Below, in pieces: positions 12,600 to 24,499 of a stretch of 64,000 nt of DNA. The notes beneath the pieces were generated by a model. That model worked only from the letters and a program-made list of their open reading frames with translations, searched no databases and was not told the DNA's origin. The position numbers and the translations under genes are program-made. The stretch's first letter is position 1. Every line of letters starts with the position of its first letter. Source of the DNA: Camelus ferus (taxonomy: Eukaryota); the NCBI RefSeq assembly GCF_009834535.1, contig NC_045697.1, forward strand, positions 1,056,001-1,120,000, written 5' to 3'.

Positions 12600-13470
12600 A
12601 CAACAGGCTTATGAAAAATGCTCACTATCACTGATACAGAAATGCAAATCAGAACTACAATGAGGCATCAGCTCATACAGGTCAGAATGGCCATTATTAA
12701 AAAGTCCACAAGCCATAAATGCTAGAGAGGCTGTGGAGAAAAGGGAGCCCTCCTGCACTGCTGGTGGGAATGCAGTTTGGTGCAGCCGTTATGGAAAACA
12801 GTATGGAGATTCCTCAAAAAACTAAAAATAGACTTACCCTATGATCCACCAATCCCACTTCTGGGTATGTATCTGGAGGGAACTCTAATGTGAAAAGATA
12901 CATGCACCCCAGTGTTCACAGCAGCACTATTTACAACAGCCACCACCTGGAAACAACCCAAATGTCCACTGACAGATGACTGGATAAAGAAGATGTGGTA
13001 TATTAATACAACGGAATACTACTCAGCCATAAAAAAGAATAAAATAATGCCATTTGCAGCAGTATTCTTACTTCATTAAGTATGATAATCTCTAGCCCCA
13101 TCCCAGTGAAGTAAGTCAGACAGAGAAAGACAAATACCACATACCACTTATATGTGGAATATTTTTTAAAAGACACAAATGAACTTACTTACAAAACAAA
13201 AACAGACTCACAGACATAGACAACAAACCTACTGTTACCAGGGGGTAAAGTGGGATGGGAAGGGACAAATTGGGAGTTTGAGATTAGCAGATACAAACTA
13301 CCATACACAAAATAAATATATAACAAGTTTCTACTGTACAGCACAGGGAACTATATTCAGTATCTTGCAGCAACCTATAACGAAAAAGAGTATGAGACTG
13401 AAACATGATGCTGTACACCAGAAATTAAGGCAACACTGTAAACTGACTATACTTCAATTAAAAAAAAGAC
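12600..13470 (+). mobile_element. 5'-truncated L1 (ORF2 end + 3'UTR + poly A)
   Basis: GAAATGCAAATC...CAGAATGGCCATTATTAAAAAGTCCACA...CTATACTTCAATTAAAAAAAA. Confidence 0.92.
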
Positions 13471-14879
13471 ATTTTTAAAATAAATATGGGTAGTTTATGT
13501 CAATTATACTTAATGTGAAAAAGAGCCCCTAAAAACAATATGTATCTTTGAAGGACACGTACCAAAGACACGCCAGAGACACGGAGGACGGGGACGATCC
13601 CACCCACGGGGAAAGCGGAGCGGGATGCAGGAGAGCAAGAGGCCAGGAGACAAGAGAGACCCCACAGAGACATCAGCGAGTAAGTTTAACAACAGGAGAA
13701 GGAAGGTAAAGAGTCAGACACTGCCCAGACTGTCACAAGGCGAGGAAGGGAGTCTCGAGAAAGCACCCCGGAGGCTGCACAGAAAGCAGCGGGAAGCCTC
13801 ACTCGCCTGACCGGAGATTCGGAGAGAAAGGGAACAAAAACCGGGGCAAAGGCAATGTGTGAGGACATAATTGTTAAGAACGAGTAGATGAGAGATCATC
13901 ATAATTTCAGGAAGCCCAACGAATTTTGTAGGATAAGTTAAAAAAAAATTTTCTTCACCAAAACATGTCATAGGAAACCGCAGAACTAGAATGAAGCCAG
14001 TCGCAGGCCAGTGGGCCTGGGGCCACCAGCGGCAATCCTCTGGAGTGACACCAGGTTACTCTCAGTGACGACAGTCGCACACCACAGGCACCTGACCACA
14101 GAAAGGAAACAGCTGAGGGACAGTGGTGTTTAGGTGAAATTTCAATGAAGCAGCCAGTCTATTATAAAAGGTCAGTGTGAGAACTGTCACCTGGACCTGG
14201 GACAGTTTCCTTGCAAGCAACAACAATGAGAGAGGCGGATGTCACGTGGACACTCTTATTGGATCCTCTGCACCTGGGCTGGAAATTGAGCCTACTTCTC
14301 TGTTTGTGTCTAAGTGTCTTAGAGCCTCCAAGCAAAAGTGGGAGGTTTCATTCCTACTGACGTGATTTCAAACAGCAAAGTTTCTGAGAGCCTGTGATTT
14401 TAGACAACAGAGTTCTCAGTGGGTAAGACAGCCACGTGATTAAAAGGCATTTATGACATGACGACCCACAATCGCGCTGTGCCCTTGGGAGAAACACTTT
14501 CCTGTTCGCTTGGCAGCTGGCCTCATTACCTGTTTGTTACTCAGGGTGATAAATACATAGCTATCCCGGTCACTGACTACTGGAGTCCCTAAGCTCTCCC
14601 ATGGCAGTCTCACAGGTGGGTAATTTTACAAGCCACACAACTATCTCACAGTCACCCCTAACACCTCCTTTGGCAGCAGTGTCAAGGCCTTGGACCAGAG
14701 GGGTCACTGGTTTTACTCAGTAGCGGCATTTATTATTTTCTCAAAGCCCTTTCAAATAGAGCTGAAACATCAAAGTCAGCATCTGCATCTCACAACACTG
14801 TAGTTGTTACTCCCGATGTGACTCTTCCTTCCATAACCAAATGACACATTCTTAGAGAGCAAGGCTCTAAACCACCTCT

Positions 14880-15093
14880 GGTCCCGCACTGGACAGACCG
14901 CACTTCAGCTGTCCCGGGGCTCAGACTTGCTGGTGCAGATCCTCAGACTGTTTGGATTCCATCATCACGTGAGCCAATTCCTTTTAACGGAAACCAGTAT
15001 CTCTTTCTCTGTACATACATGGCGTTTTTAGGTACATACCAGGTACACACACACGTCCTACTGGTTGTTTGTGCGGAAAGCTCTGTGTCACAC
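14880..15093 (+). mobile_element. MLT2-like (ERVL) LTR fragment; possible internal LTR-element remnant upstream (~14050-14880)
   Basis: ATCACGTGAGCCAATTCCTT...TCTCTTTCTCT...TCCTACTGGTT resembles the MLT2 3' half. Confidence 0.55.
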
Positions 15094-15399
15094 AGTGTGG
15101 AACTTGTACAGCCCAGCCATCTAGTCCCCTGTACCCATGCTCCTACGTAAAAAAAATTGATCTGCAGAATAATATCCCCTAAGGTACCAGACCTGTAAAC
15201 AACTGATGAAAGATACCGAAGACCGCTAGGCAGCCCGCTAGGCAAATCGGGATGTCCTGGGGAGTTTTTAATTATCAAAAATACACATAAAAATTCTTTT
15301 CAGAAAAGCGCAGTATCCAGAGTGACCCAGTCTTTTTGCATTCTAGCTAAGTAAGTTCTTTATTATAATTTCTTGTAATATGGGTAAAATCCAAGAACT

Positions 15400-16890
15400 A
15401 CACATTTTGAAAAAAATCAATGAAAGAAAGCTGGTATACTTATGTCCGTGCTGGACAAGAACAGACAAGATGTTACCAGCTACAGAGCCGTCCGTATAAA
15501 GGTCCATGGCTCAGTCCCCAAGTCAGCAGCAACAACTCTAAACTTGCACACGCCTCAGAATGTATAAAGCAAAGTTGACTAAACTGTAAGGCCTGGACAA
15601 ACCCATAATCTTAACACAGGTAAACATACACCTTCTCACTAGTTGATAAAATTTATGTTTTTTACATCATTAAGAACATAGTAGATCTCTACAACATGAT
15701 TTAACAAATTTGACCTAATGAACATATACTAGGCAATGGATCACAAAACCAGAGAATAAACATTTTCTCAAGCTCACTTGCAATGTTTACAAAATCTGAC
15801 CATGTATTTTGCCATTAAGCAAATCTTAAATTTCCAATGGCTTAAATAATATAGACTATATTCTCTGACAAACACTCAATCCAGCTAGAAATCACTAGAA
15901 AAACATAACTTAAACCTCTCCCCCTCCAATGTATGGGAAGAAACATTCCTAGATTACAAAATGGATCAGTGAAGAAATCATCACAGTAATTACAAAATAT
16001 TGTGACCTGGTAATCATAATACTATCAAAATGTGTAGGATGCAACTAAAGTTGTGACTGAAAAAGAATACCTAGGACTTAATACGTATATTTTAGGGAAA
16101 AAAAGGCTGCAAAACAAGGTGAACGTCCATCATAGGAGATTACAAAAACAAAATAAATACAAAAAAATAGAAGGAAGAAAATAATTAAAGCACAAAAATC
16201 AGTAAGAGAACAAACACGTAACAGAATATCAACAAATTCAAAAGCTGGTACTTTGAAAGACTGACAATCATCTGGTGAGATAAAACAGAGAAAAAAAAAA
16301 TGAAAAAGGGAACATCATAACATGTACTTCTAATACCAAAAAAGGTAAGAGGATGTTATTATCTACTCACTGCTAATAAGTTTGAAGTTTTAGTAGAAAC
16401 AGCCAAATCACTAAAAAAAATACGTAATACCAAAATTTCACTTAAGAACATAAAACCAAACATCAATATTCAAAAATACACCCACAGAGAAAACCCAGGT
16501 CCCCCACACGGCTTCATTACTAAGTTCCAATTCCATTATTAAACAAGCTTTCCAAAGAGGAAAACAGAGGATACACTACCACACCTTTTATAAGGGTCGT
16601 ATAAATTCAATAACCAATATGTAACAAAGACAGTCTGGGAAAGTAAAATTAGAGGTTAATCTCATCCATGACCATAGATATAAAATTCATACACAGAAGT
16701 ATCAGGACAACATAATCCCACAATATAAAGTGACCAAGTTAGGTTTACTTCAGGAAAGCCAGGTTGCTTTACAATGAATGCTATTCTGTAAATGTGGTAA
16801 ACAATGTGTCAATAGATATTTTAAGCATTTAATAAAATACAGTATTCATTCATGTTCACATCTACCATGATTACCACCAGAAAACTGGGT
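15400..16890 (+). mobile_element. Highly decayed L1M ORF2 fragments
   Basis: A-rich, with endonuclease/RT-region remnants such as CATTTTCTCAAGCTCAC...TGACCATGTATT. Confidence 0.75.
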
Positions 16891-16919
16891 CTGCCTCTTG
16901 TTGGTGTCGAGCCAAAAGA

Positions 16920-18370
16920 CACAACCAATTTAGAGTAATGATGGCAAAGATGTTCAGAGAACTCAAGAGAAGTATAGATGCACAGAGTGAAGTCTTTAGC
17001 AAGAGAGTTGGAAAATGTAAAGAATACCCAAACAGAGTTGAAGAATAAAATCACTGAAATGAGTAACACACTAGAAAGAATCAAGAATAGATTAAACAAG
17101 GCAGAAGATCAGCTCACTGGGCTAGAAGACAGATTGGTGGAAATTACTGCAGAACAGAAAAAAGGATGAAAAGAAATGAAAACAATTTAAGAGAACTCTG
17201 GAACAACATGAAGCACACTAATATTTGCATTATAAGGGTCTCATAAAGAGGAGAGAGAGAGAAAGGACCTGAGAAAATCTGGGGGGAGATGACCACTGAA
17301 ACCCCCCACAACTTGGGAAAGGAAACAGTCACCCAAGTCCAGGAAACGCAGAGAGTTCCACACAGGATCAGCCAAAAGAAACACACCGAGGCACACAATA
17401 ATCAACTTACAAAAATTAAGGATAAGGAGAAAATATTAAAATCAGCAAGAAAAAAGCAACAAATAACATACAAGGATCCCACTCCTGGGCACATATCCAG
17501 AGGGAACTCTAATTCGAAAAGACACATGCACCCTAATGTTCACAGCAGCACTATTTACAATAGCCAAGACATGGAAACAAACTATATGTCCATCAACAGA
17601 TTACTGAATAAAGAATTCGTAGTATATTTATACAATGGACTACTACTCAGCCATAAAAAATAAAATGCCATTTGCAGCAACGTGGATGGACTAGAGATCA
17701 TTGTTCCTAAGTGAAGTCAGCCAGAAAGAGAAAGAAAAATACCCTATGATATCACTCATATGTGGAATCTAAAAAGAAAAAAAGAGGACACTAATGAACT
17801 CATCTACAAAACAGAAACACACCCATGGACATAGTAAACAATCTTATGATTACCAGGGGAAAGGCGGTGGGAAGGGATAAATTTGGGAGTTTGAGATTTG
17901 CAAATGTTAGCCATTATATATAAAAATAGATTAAAAAAAATTTCTGTAAAACACAGGGAACTATATCCAATATCTTTCAATAACCTTTAATGAAAAAGAA
18001 TATGAAAACAAGTGTATGTATGTATATGCATGACTGGGACATTGTGCTGAACACCAGAAACTGACAGACTGTGTCTGACTATATTTCAATAAAAAAACTA
18101 ACAAACAAACATACAAGGGAACGCCCATAAGGTTATCAGCTGATTTTTCAGCAGAAACTCTACAGGTCAGAAGGGAGTGGCACGATATATTTGAAGTGAT
18201 GAAAGGGAAAAACTTACAACCAAGAACACTATCCAGCAAGGCTCTCATTCAGACTTGATGGAGGAATCAAAAGTTTGAAAGATAAACAAAGCTACAAGAA
18301 TTCAGCACCACCAAACCAGGTTTACAACAAATGTTAAAGGAACTTCTCCAGTCATCAAACCATGAAAAGA
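16920..18370 (+). mobile_element. L1 ORF1 remnant, interrupted by a nested L1 3' end
   Basis: Coiled-coil ELKNKITEMSNTLERIKNRL, then KIKDKEKILKSARKKQQITYK; resumes at ~18108 with TCAGCTGATTTTTCAGCAGAAACTCTACAGG. Confidence 0.9.
17476..18107 (+). mobile_element. Younger L1 3' end nested in ORF1
   Basis: Flanked by the TSD AACATACAAGG (17465-17475 and 18108-18118). Confidence 0.9.
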
Positions 18371-18394
18371 GAACAAAAAGGGAAAAAAAAAAAA

Positions 18395-19337
18395 AGATTG
18401 CTTTGGCAGTTCTGGGTCGTTTATGGTTCCACAGGAATTTTTGGAACTGTTTGCTCTAGTTCTGGGACGAATGTCGTGAGCAGTTTCACAGGGGGTGCAC
18501 TGCTTTGGGCAGTGTGGGCACTTTGCTAATGTTGATTCTTCCAATCCAAGAGCACAGGATGTCTTTCCATTTCTTTGTATCATCTTCAATTTCCTGCAAT
18601 TGTGTTTTATAGTTTTCAGAGTATAGGTAACCTACTTGGTTAAGTTTATTTCTAGGTATTTTGTTGTTTTTGATGTAATGGAAATGTTTATGTCAGTTAT
18701 AAATTTCTGGTTTTTGAAGTGCAAAAAAAGTGAATAAAGGCCGCAGATGGCAAAATATCCTTTTTCGTGGGTGAGTTATATTCCATTGTGTATATGTGCT
18801 ACATCTTCTTTACCCAATCATCTACTGATGTGCACTTAGGATGCTTCCATATCCTGGTAATTATAAATAATGCTGTTGTTAATAGCAGAGTGTATGTATC
18901 TTTCCGAGTTAATGTTTTTGTCTTTCTTGGATATATGCCCAGGAGTGGAGTTGCTGGGCCATATGGTGGTTCTATTTTTAGTTTTTTGAGAAACCTCCAT
19001 ATTGTTTTCCATAGTGGCTGCACCAATTTTCATTCCCACCACCAGTGTACAAGGCTTCCCTTTTCTCCACATCCTTGCCGACATTTGTTATTTGTGTTCT
19101 TTTTGATGATGGCCATTCTGACAGGTTTGAGATGACGTCTCACTGTGATTTTGATTTGAATTTCTGATATAAGTGATGTTGAGCAACTTTTCATGTTCCC
19201 GTTGGCCATCTGCATTTCTTCTTTTGGAAAAATGTCTGTTCAGTTCTTCTGCCCATATTTTAAATGGGTTGGTTTTTTGTTTGCTTTTTAATTGAAGTGC
19301 AGTTGATTTACAATGTTGTGTTTGCTTACGACGTACA
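18395..19337 (-). mobile_element. Antisense L1 ORF2/3' fragments
   Basis: Minus-strand translations [21 protein letters not shown] and [14 protein letters not shown]. Confidence 0.9.
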
Positions 19338-19660
19338 GCATGGATGGACCTGGAGGGCATTATGCTTAGTGAAATAAGTCAGACAGAGAAAGACAAACAC
19401 TGTAAGATATCACTTACATGTGGAGTCTAAAAAAATACAACAAACCAGTGAACATAACAGAAGAGAAAAGGACTCACAGATGCAGAGAAGGAGCAAGTGG
19501 TGCCCAGTGGGGAGAGGGAGGGGGAGGGGCAAGATGGAGGCGGAGCACTAAGAGGCACAAACTACCAGGTGTGAAATAAGCTGCCAGGGTGTACGCACAA
19601 CGTGGGGAATACGGCCAACAGGGCGTAGTCGGTATAAATGGAGTATAGCCTTTAAAAAAA
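19338..19660 (+). mobile_element. L1 ORF2 end / 3'UTR fragment
   Basis: CATGGATGGACCTGGAGGGCATTATGCTTAGTGAAATAAGTCAGACAGAG. Confidence 0.88.
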
Positions 19661-19664
19661 AAAC

Positions 19665-20187
19665 CACAACCCAGCCAAAGAGCAGAAGGAGGAAGAATTT
19701 ATTATTACTCGCAACAAGTAAAGAGAAGACCAGGAATCCTTCCTAAAGCAGTGTCCCCTGGAACAGCAAAACTGGGAAGCTTTTAAGCTAAGGGTACATG
19801 CATATTCAGAAAGTGGCTTGACTGGTCGCCAGAGTCCCAGCTTTAATAGATTAAAGTAACCAGGGTCAACACCATCATCCCACCCTCCACCTGTGTGCGT
19901 GTTGGCGGGGGGGGGGGGGGCTCATTTCTTGCAGAACTCAAAGGCGTGTATCAGATTAGGTGTATCCCTTGAGGAGCAACCAGAACTCTGTTTCATCGCT
20001 GAACTATTGGTGCTTCACTGCTTTTCCTTTTTTTCTGCATCCCTCACTTCCCTTAAGATCATTAATTACTGAGCCCCGTTCAAGGGCAAGCACCGTGGCC
20101 AGGCTTAGACCACAACGGTGCCCCTTATGTCAAGAAAGCCATGCTTGGCTCTCTTTCTCCAGGGACCCCCTACCCTATCTGCTTACA
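19665..20187 (-). mobile_element. Probable ERV solo LTR
   Basis: Minus strand starts TGTAAGCAGATAGGGTAGGGGGTCCC and has AATAAA near 19700; left boundary unclear. Confidence 0.6.
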
Positions 20188-20208
20188 CAATGGCTATATC
20201 CAAGAACA

Positions 20209-20215
<7 letters not shown>

Positions 20216-20251
<36 letters not shown>
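20216..20251 (+). repeat. (AC)18 microsatellite
   Basis: Perfect run. Confidence 0.97.
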
Positions 20252-20253
<2 letters not shown>

Positions 20254-20329
20254 AAAAGAGCCCCATTACAGCAAAGGTCGGCAAGGACGTGAGGGACCGG
20301 GGCCGCGGCGAGGGCGTGAGGGACCGGGG

Positions 20330-20945
20330 CACTCAGAAGCCACTGGTGTAAAGAGCAGAAACGCTGCGGCCGCTGAGGAAAGTAGTTCGGGAGCCCCTGA
20401 AGTGGTAGCCGCACGGCCACTGCAGACCCAAGTAGCCCTCCTAGGTACACACCTGAGAACTGAAAATGCACGCTAATAAAAGCCTGCCGTGAATCTTCAC
20501 AGCAGCGCTACTTACAATGGCCAAAAAGTGGAATCAACACAAATGGCCACCAAATGATGAATAACTGATGAATGAAATGTGGTGTATCAATAAAACAATT
20601 AGCGGTCACAAAAAAGGTACAAGTATTGACACAAACTACATGGATGACCTTTAAAAATATCATGCTAAGTGAAAGAAGCCAGTCAGAAAAGACCACATAG
20701 TGTATGATTCCATTCACATGAGATGTCCAGAACAGGCAAATTCACAGACACAGAAAGATTAGGCCTTGGGGGGGAGGGGGGATAGGGACAGGAATGCTAA
20801 CCCAGAGTTTATTCTGGGGCTGATGAAAATGTCCTAAAGTCAACTAGGAAGATGGCTGTACAACTGTGTAAGAACCACTGAATTTTCATTTTAAATGGGC
20901 AGATTGTACGACATGTGAATTACACCTCAATAGAGCTGTTTAAAA
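20330..20945 (+). mobile_element. Old L1MB/MC 3' end
   Basis: ACATGGATGACCTTTAAAAATATCATGCTAAGTGAAAGAAGCCAGTCA...TATGATTCCATT. Confidence 0.8.
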
Positions 20946-21350
20946 ACTTCATTCACTATTAAACCAGACAATACTCTGGAGGGTCCTGCTGAGTAAGGTT
21001 AGGCAAGACAAAGAAAAGCAATTGGAAAGTAAAACAAAATAGTTACCTACACAGAAAAATTAAGGAGTCTACAGGAAGATTATTGCAATTGGTAAGACTT
21101 CAGTACAGATGTCATTCACAAACTCATCTAAAAACAAAATTTTAAAAGACACCACTTACAACAGATTGAAAAAATAAAAATTATCTAAGAATATATCTAA
21201 CAGAAGACAGAAGGACTCAATGGAGAAAATCATAAAACCCTACAACAAATATTAAAGATTTAAATAGAGAGATATGCCAATATTCCCAATTTGTAAGATT
21301 CAACATTAAGATGATTTCACCCCAGAATGAAGTGTAAATTCAACTCAGTC

Positions 21351-22800
21351 TTTTTTTTAATTGGTGATGTGATTTTGCTTTTATTTTTTTAAACTTCAAA
21401 AAATGTTATTGAAGAATAGTTGATTTATAGTGTTGTCTCTGGTGTACAGCATGATGATTCAGTTATAGATACACATATATAATTCCTCTTCACATTCTTT
21501 CCCATCACAAGTTACTACAAGATCTTGAATATAGTTCCCTGCGCTATACAGTAGGAACTTGTTGTTTATCTATATTATATATAGTAGTTTCTATCTGCTA
21601 ATCACAAACTTCCAATTTATCCCTCCCCATCCCTTTTCCCTTTTGATAACTGTAAGTTTGTTTTCCATGTCTCTGTTTTGTAAGTTCATTTGCATCTTTT
21701 CTTCTTAGATTCCACATATAAGTGATGTGACTTTGACTTACTTCACTTCACTTAGCATGACGATCTTACTTTACTTAGTAGGACGATCTATGGTTAATTC
21801 ATTTTGCTGCAAATGGCATTATTCTTTTTTTTTAATCACTGAGTAGTATTCCACTGTATGAATATACCACAACTTCTTTATCCAGTCATCTGTTGATGGA
21901 CATTTAGGTGCTTCCATGTCTTGACTATTGTACACATTGCTGCTTTGAACACTGGGGTGCATGTGTCTTTTCGAATTAGTTTTCTCTAGATATCTGCCCA
22001 GGAGTGCGATTGCTGGATCATACGAAGAGTCTACTTTTAGTTTTTTCAGGAATTTCCATATGGGTTTCCATAGTGGCTGCACCAAACTACAGTCCCACCA
22101 GCAGTGTAGGAGGGTTCCCTTTTCTCCACAGCTTCTTTAGCATTTATTGTTTGCAGACTTTTCAATGACGGCCATTCTGACTGGTGTGAGCTGATACCTC
22201 ATTGTACTTTTGATTTGCATTTCTCTGACAGTCAGCAAAACTGAGTATCTTTTCATGGGCCTACTGGCCACCTGTATGTCTTCACTGGAGAAATGTCTGT
22301 TTAGGTCTTCCGCCCATTTTTCATTTGGTTTTGTTGTTGTTGTTGTTACTGTGTTGTATAATATATTCCGGAAATTAAGCCCCTGTCTGTCACATCATTT
22401 GCAAATATTTTCTCCCATTCTGTAGGTTCTTTTTGTTTTGTTTATAGTTTCCGTTGCTGTGCAAAACCTTGTAAGCTTAATTAGGTCCCATTTGTTTATT
22501 TTTGCTTTTATTTTTATTGCCTGGGTAGACTGCCCTAGGAGAACACTGCTAAGATTTATGTCAGAGAATGTTTTGCCTGTGTTTTCTTCTAGGAGATTTA
22601 TGATGCCTTGTCTTATGTTTAAGTCTAAGCCATTTTGAGTTGATTTCTGTGTATGGAGTGAGGGAGTGTCCTAGCTTCACTGATTTACACACGGCCGTCC
22701 AGCTTTCTCAGCACCACTTGCTGAAGAGATTGTCTTTTTCCATTGTATGTTCTTGCCTCCTTTGTCAAAGGTCAACTGACCATAGGTATGTGGGTTTAAC
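21351..22800 (-). mobile_element. 5'-truncated L1 (~1.45 kb)
   Basis: Poly-T at the left end; minus-strand ORF2 C-terminus [15 protein letters not shown]. Confidence 0.92.
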
Positions 22801-22810
22801 TCAGGCCCCC

Positions 22811-22938
22811 TTTTTTTTTTTTTTGAGGGGAACATAATTAAGTTTATTTATTTATTTTTAGAGGAGGTACTGGGGACTGAACCCAGGACCTCGTGTGAGC
22901 TAAGCATGCGCTCTACCACTGAGCTATGCCCTTCCCCC
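22811..22938 (-). mobile_element. tRNA-derived SINE (Vic-1-like)
   Basis: Minus strand GGGGAAGGGCATAGCTCAGTGGTAGAGCGCATGCTTAGC...GGTTCAGTCCCCAGTACCTCC plus A tail. Confidence 0.9.
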
Positions 22939-23332
22939 TCAACTCAGTCTTAAAGCCCCAAATAGTTCTATGTACATACATAGCTGAAAAGTGAAAATAA
23001 AGTACGGAGGCGCAAACGGCCAGGAATGGGCCAAGAAGATGCTCCTGAAGAATAAAAGCTGGAGGGTCTGCCCTCTTCGCTGTTACAACTTGCTACCTGT
23101 GAAGTAGCAGCAGTTAGCAAGTTACCAGTGATACACAAATAGCTGAAAGGCACAGAGCAGAGCCGAGAAACAGACACACACTAGAAATAACAATGCAGAT
23201 CAATGGGAAAAGACATCTGTTTCAATAAATGGTTCTGGACTAATTAGACATTCATACAGAAAATAATAAAATTGGACTCCCAGCTTCACATAATTATCAC
23301 TTTTGCGTAGACTGAAGACTCAGTAATAAAAA

Positions 23333-23745
23333 TTTTTTTTCATTTCAGCTTACTTTTATTTCCTCATATAAATGGGTACAGCAGGAGATGTGATTAAAAA
23401 AAACCAAAAACCCTAACAATTTCTTCACAAGGCTGGGACAAGTGAGCACCCACAGCTGGGCGGGTGCCTCAGTCCCTTTTTCCAGTCTTTTTCCATCACT
23501 TTTTCTTATTTAAAGTTTTGGCCATGAACTTGGGACAAATACGGTTAATAAACAGGTTATTTGAGAGACAAACTTCCATCTACCCCATGCCAGATTCTCA
23601 GAGAGCTCTGTGCAGGTAAGAGGCAAAACTGTGCCCCTGTGACACACACAGGGAGTCCCCCCACCCCTCAAGCAGGGAAGCACATCCTAAACCAGACAAA
23701 ATCGGCCCCACCCATAGGGGAAGACCAGAGGTGTACGCCTGTCTA
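23333..23745 (-). pseudogene. Probable 5'-truncated retrocopy of an mRNA 3'UTR (parent gene not identified)
   Basis: Unique-looking sequence ending GGAAATAAAAGTAAGCTGAAATG(A)8 on the minus strand; interrupts an old L1M relic; no TSD seen. Confidence 0.55.
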
Positions 23746-24499
23746 GTTACAGCTAAGTTTCTGTGCATCCAGAGTCCGTGCAGAAAACTTAAGTCAAGCC
23801 ACACCTGGAAGACATCTGCAACATATATAACTGAGAAGGGACTGCTAATCAACAACAAAAAATTCTGCAAAGCAATGGGGGAACAAAAGAGAATGGGGGA
23901 AAAATTTGAACAGACAATTCACAAAAAAGATCAAATAATAAACACAGGAAAGATGCTCAACCACGCGCATACTCAGAGTGGAAGACTTCAGCAGTGAAAA
24001 CTAAAACCTCAGGGGCTGCAACTTGGATGACGCTGTCAAGGAAGGTGTCAACCGAAGACAACAGACACACCCACATCACTCACACGAAACACGACACGAT
24101 ACACAACATTAAATTCAAATCACGCAAAGCCAAACTGTTCTACTGAAAAATGCATACACACAACCGGTAAGTTATACAGAACGGCAGAGAAACGAACACC
24201 TCCCAAAGTGAGGGAGGGGCTGCGATGAGGAGGGGGAGGCGTTTTGTTCCACTTCTTGATCTGCATGGGAATCGCAGACGCCGGTGGCTCTGCTATTTTA
24301 TTCGTCACACCGACAAACGTGCACGTTTGTACACGTTACCGACGGGAAGCAACTACAAACTGAAAAAATGTAACAGTAAACTGCAATGGTAGGCGGGTAC
24401 CGTTTAAGCAAGCGTGGTGCCTCAACATTTAAAAAACACTTCGCTTATTTTGCGTGAAAAGCGATATAACTTACCGATCAGGAGAAAAACAGAAAACGG

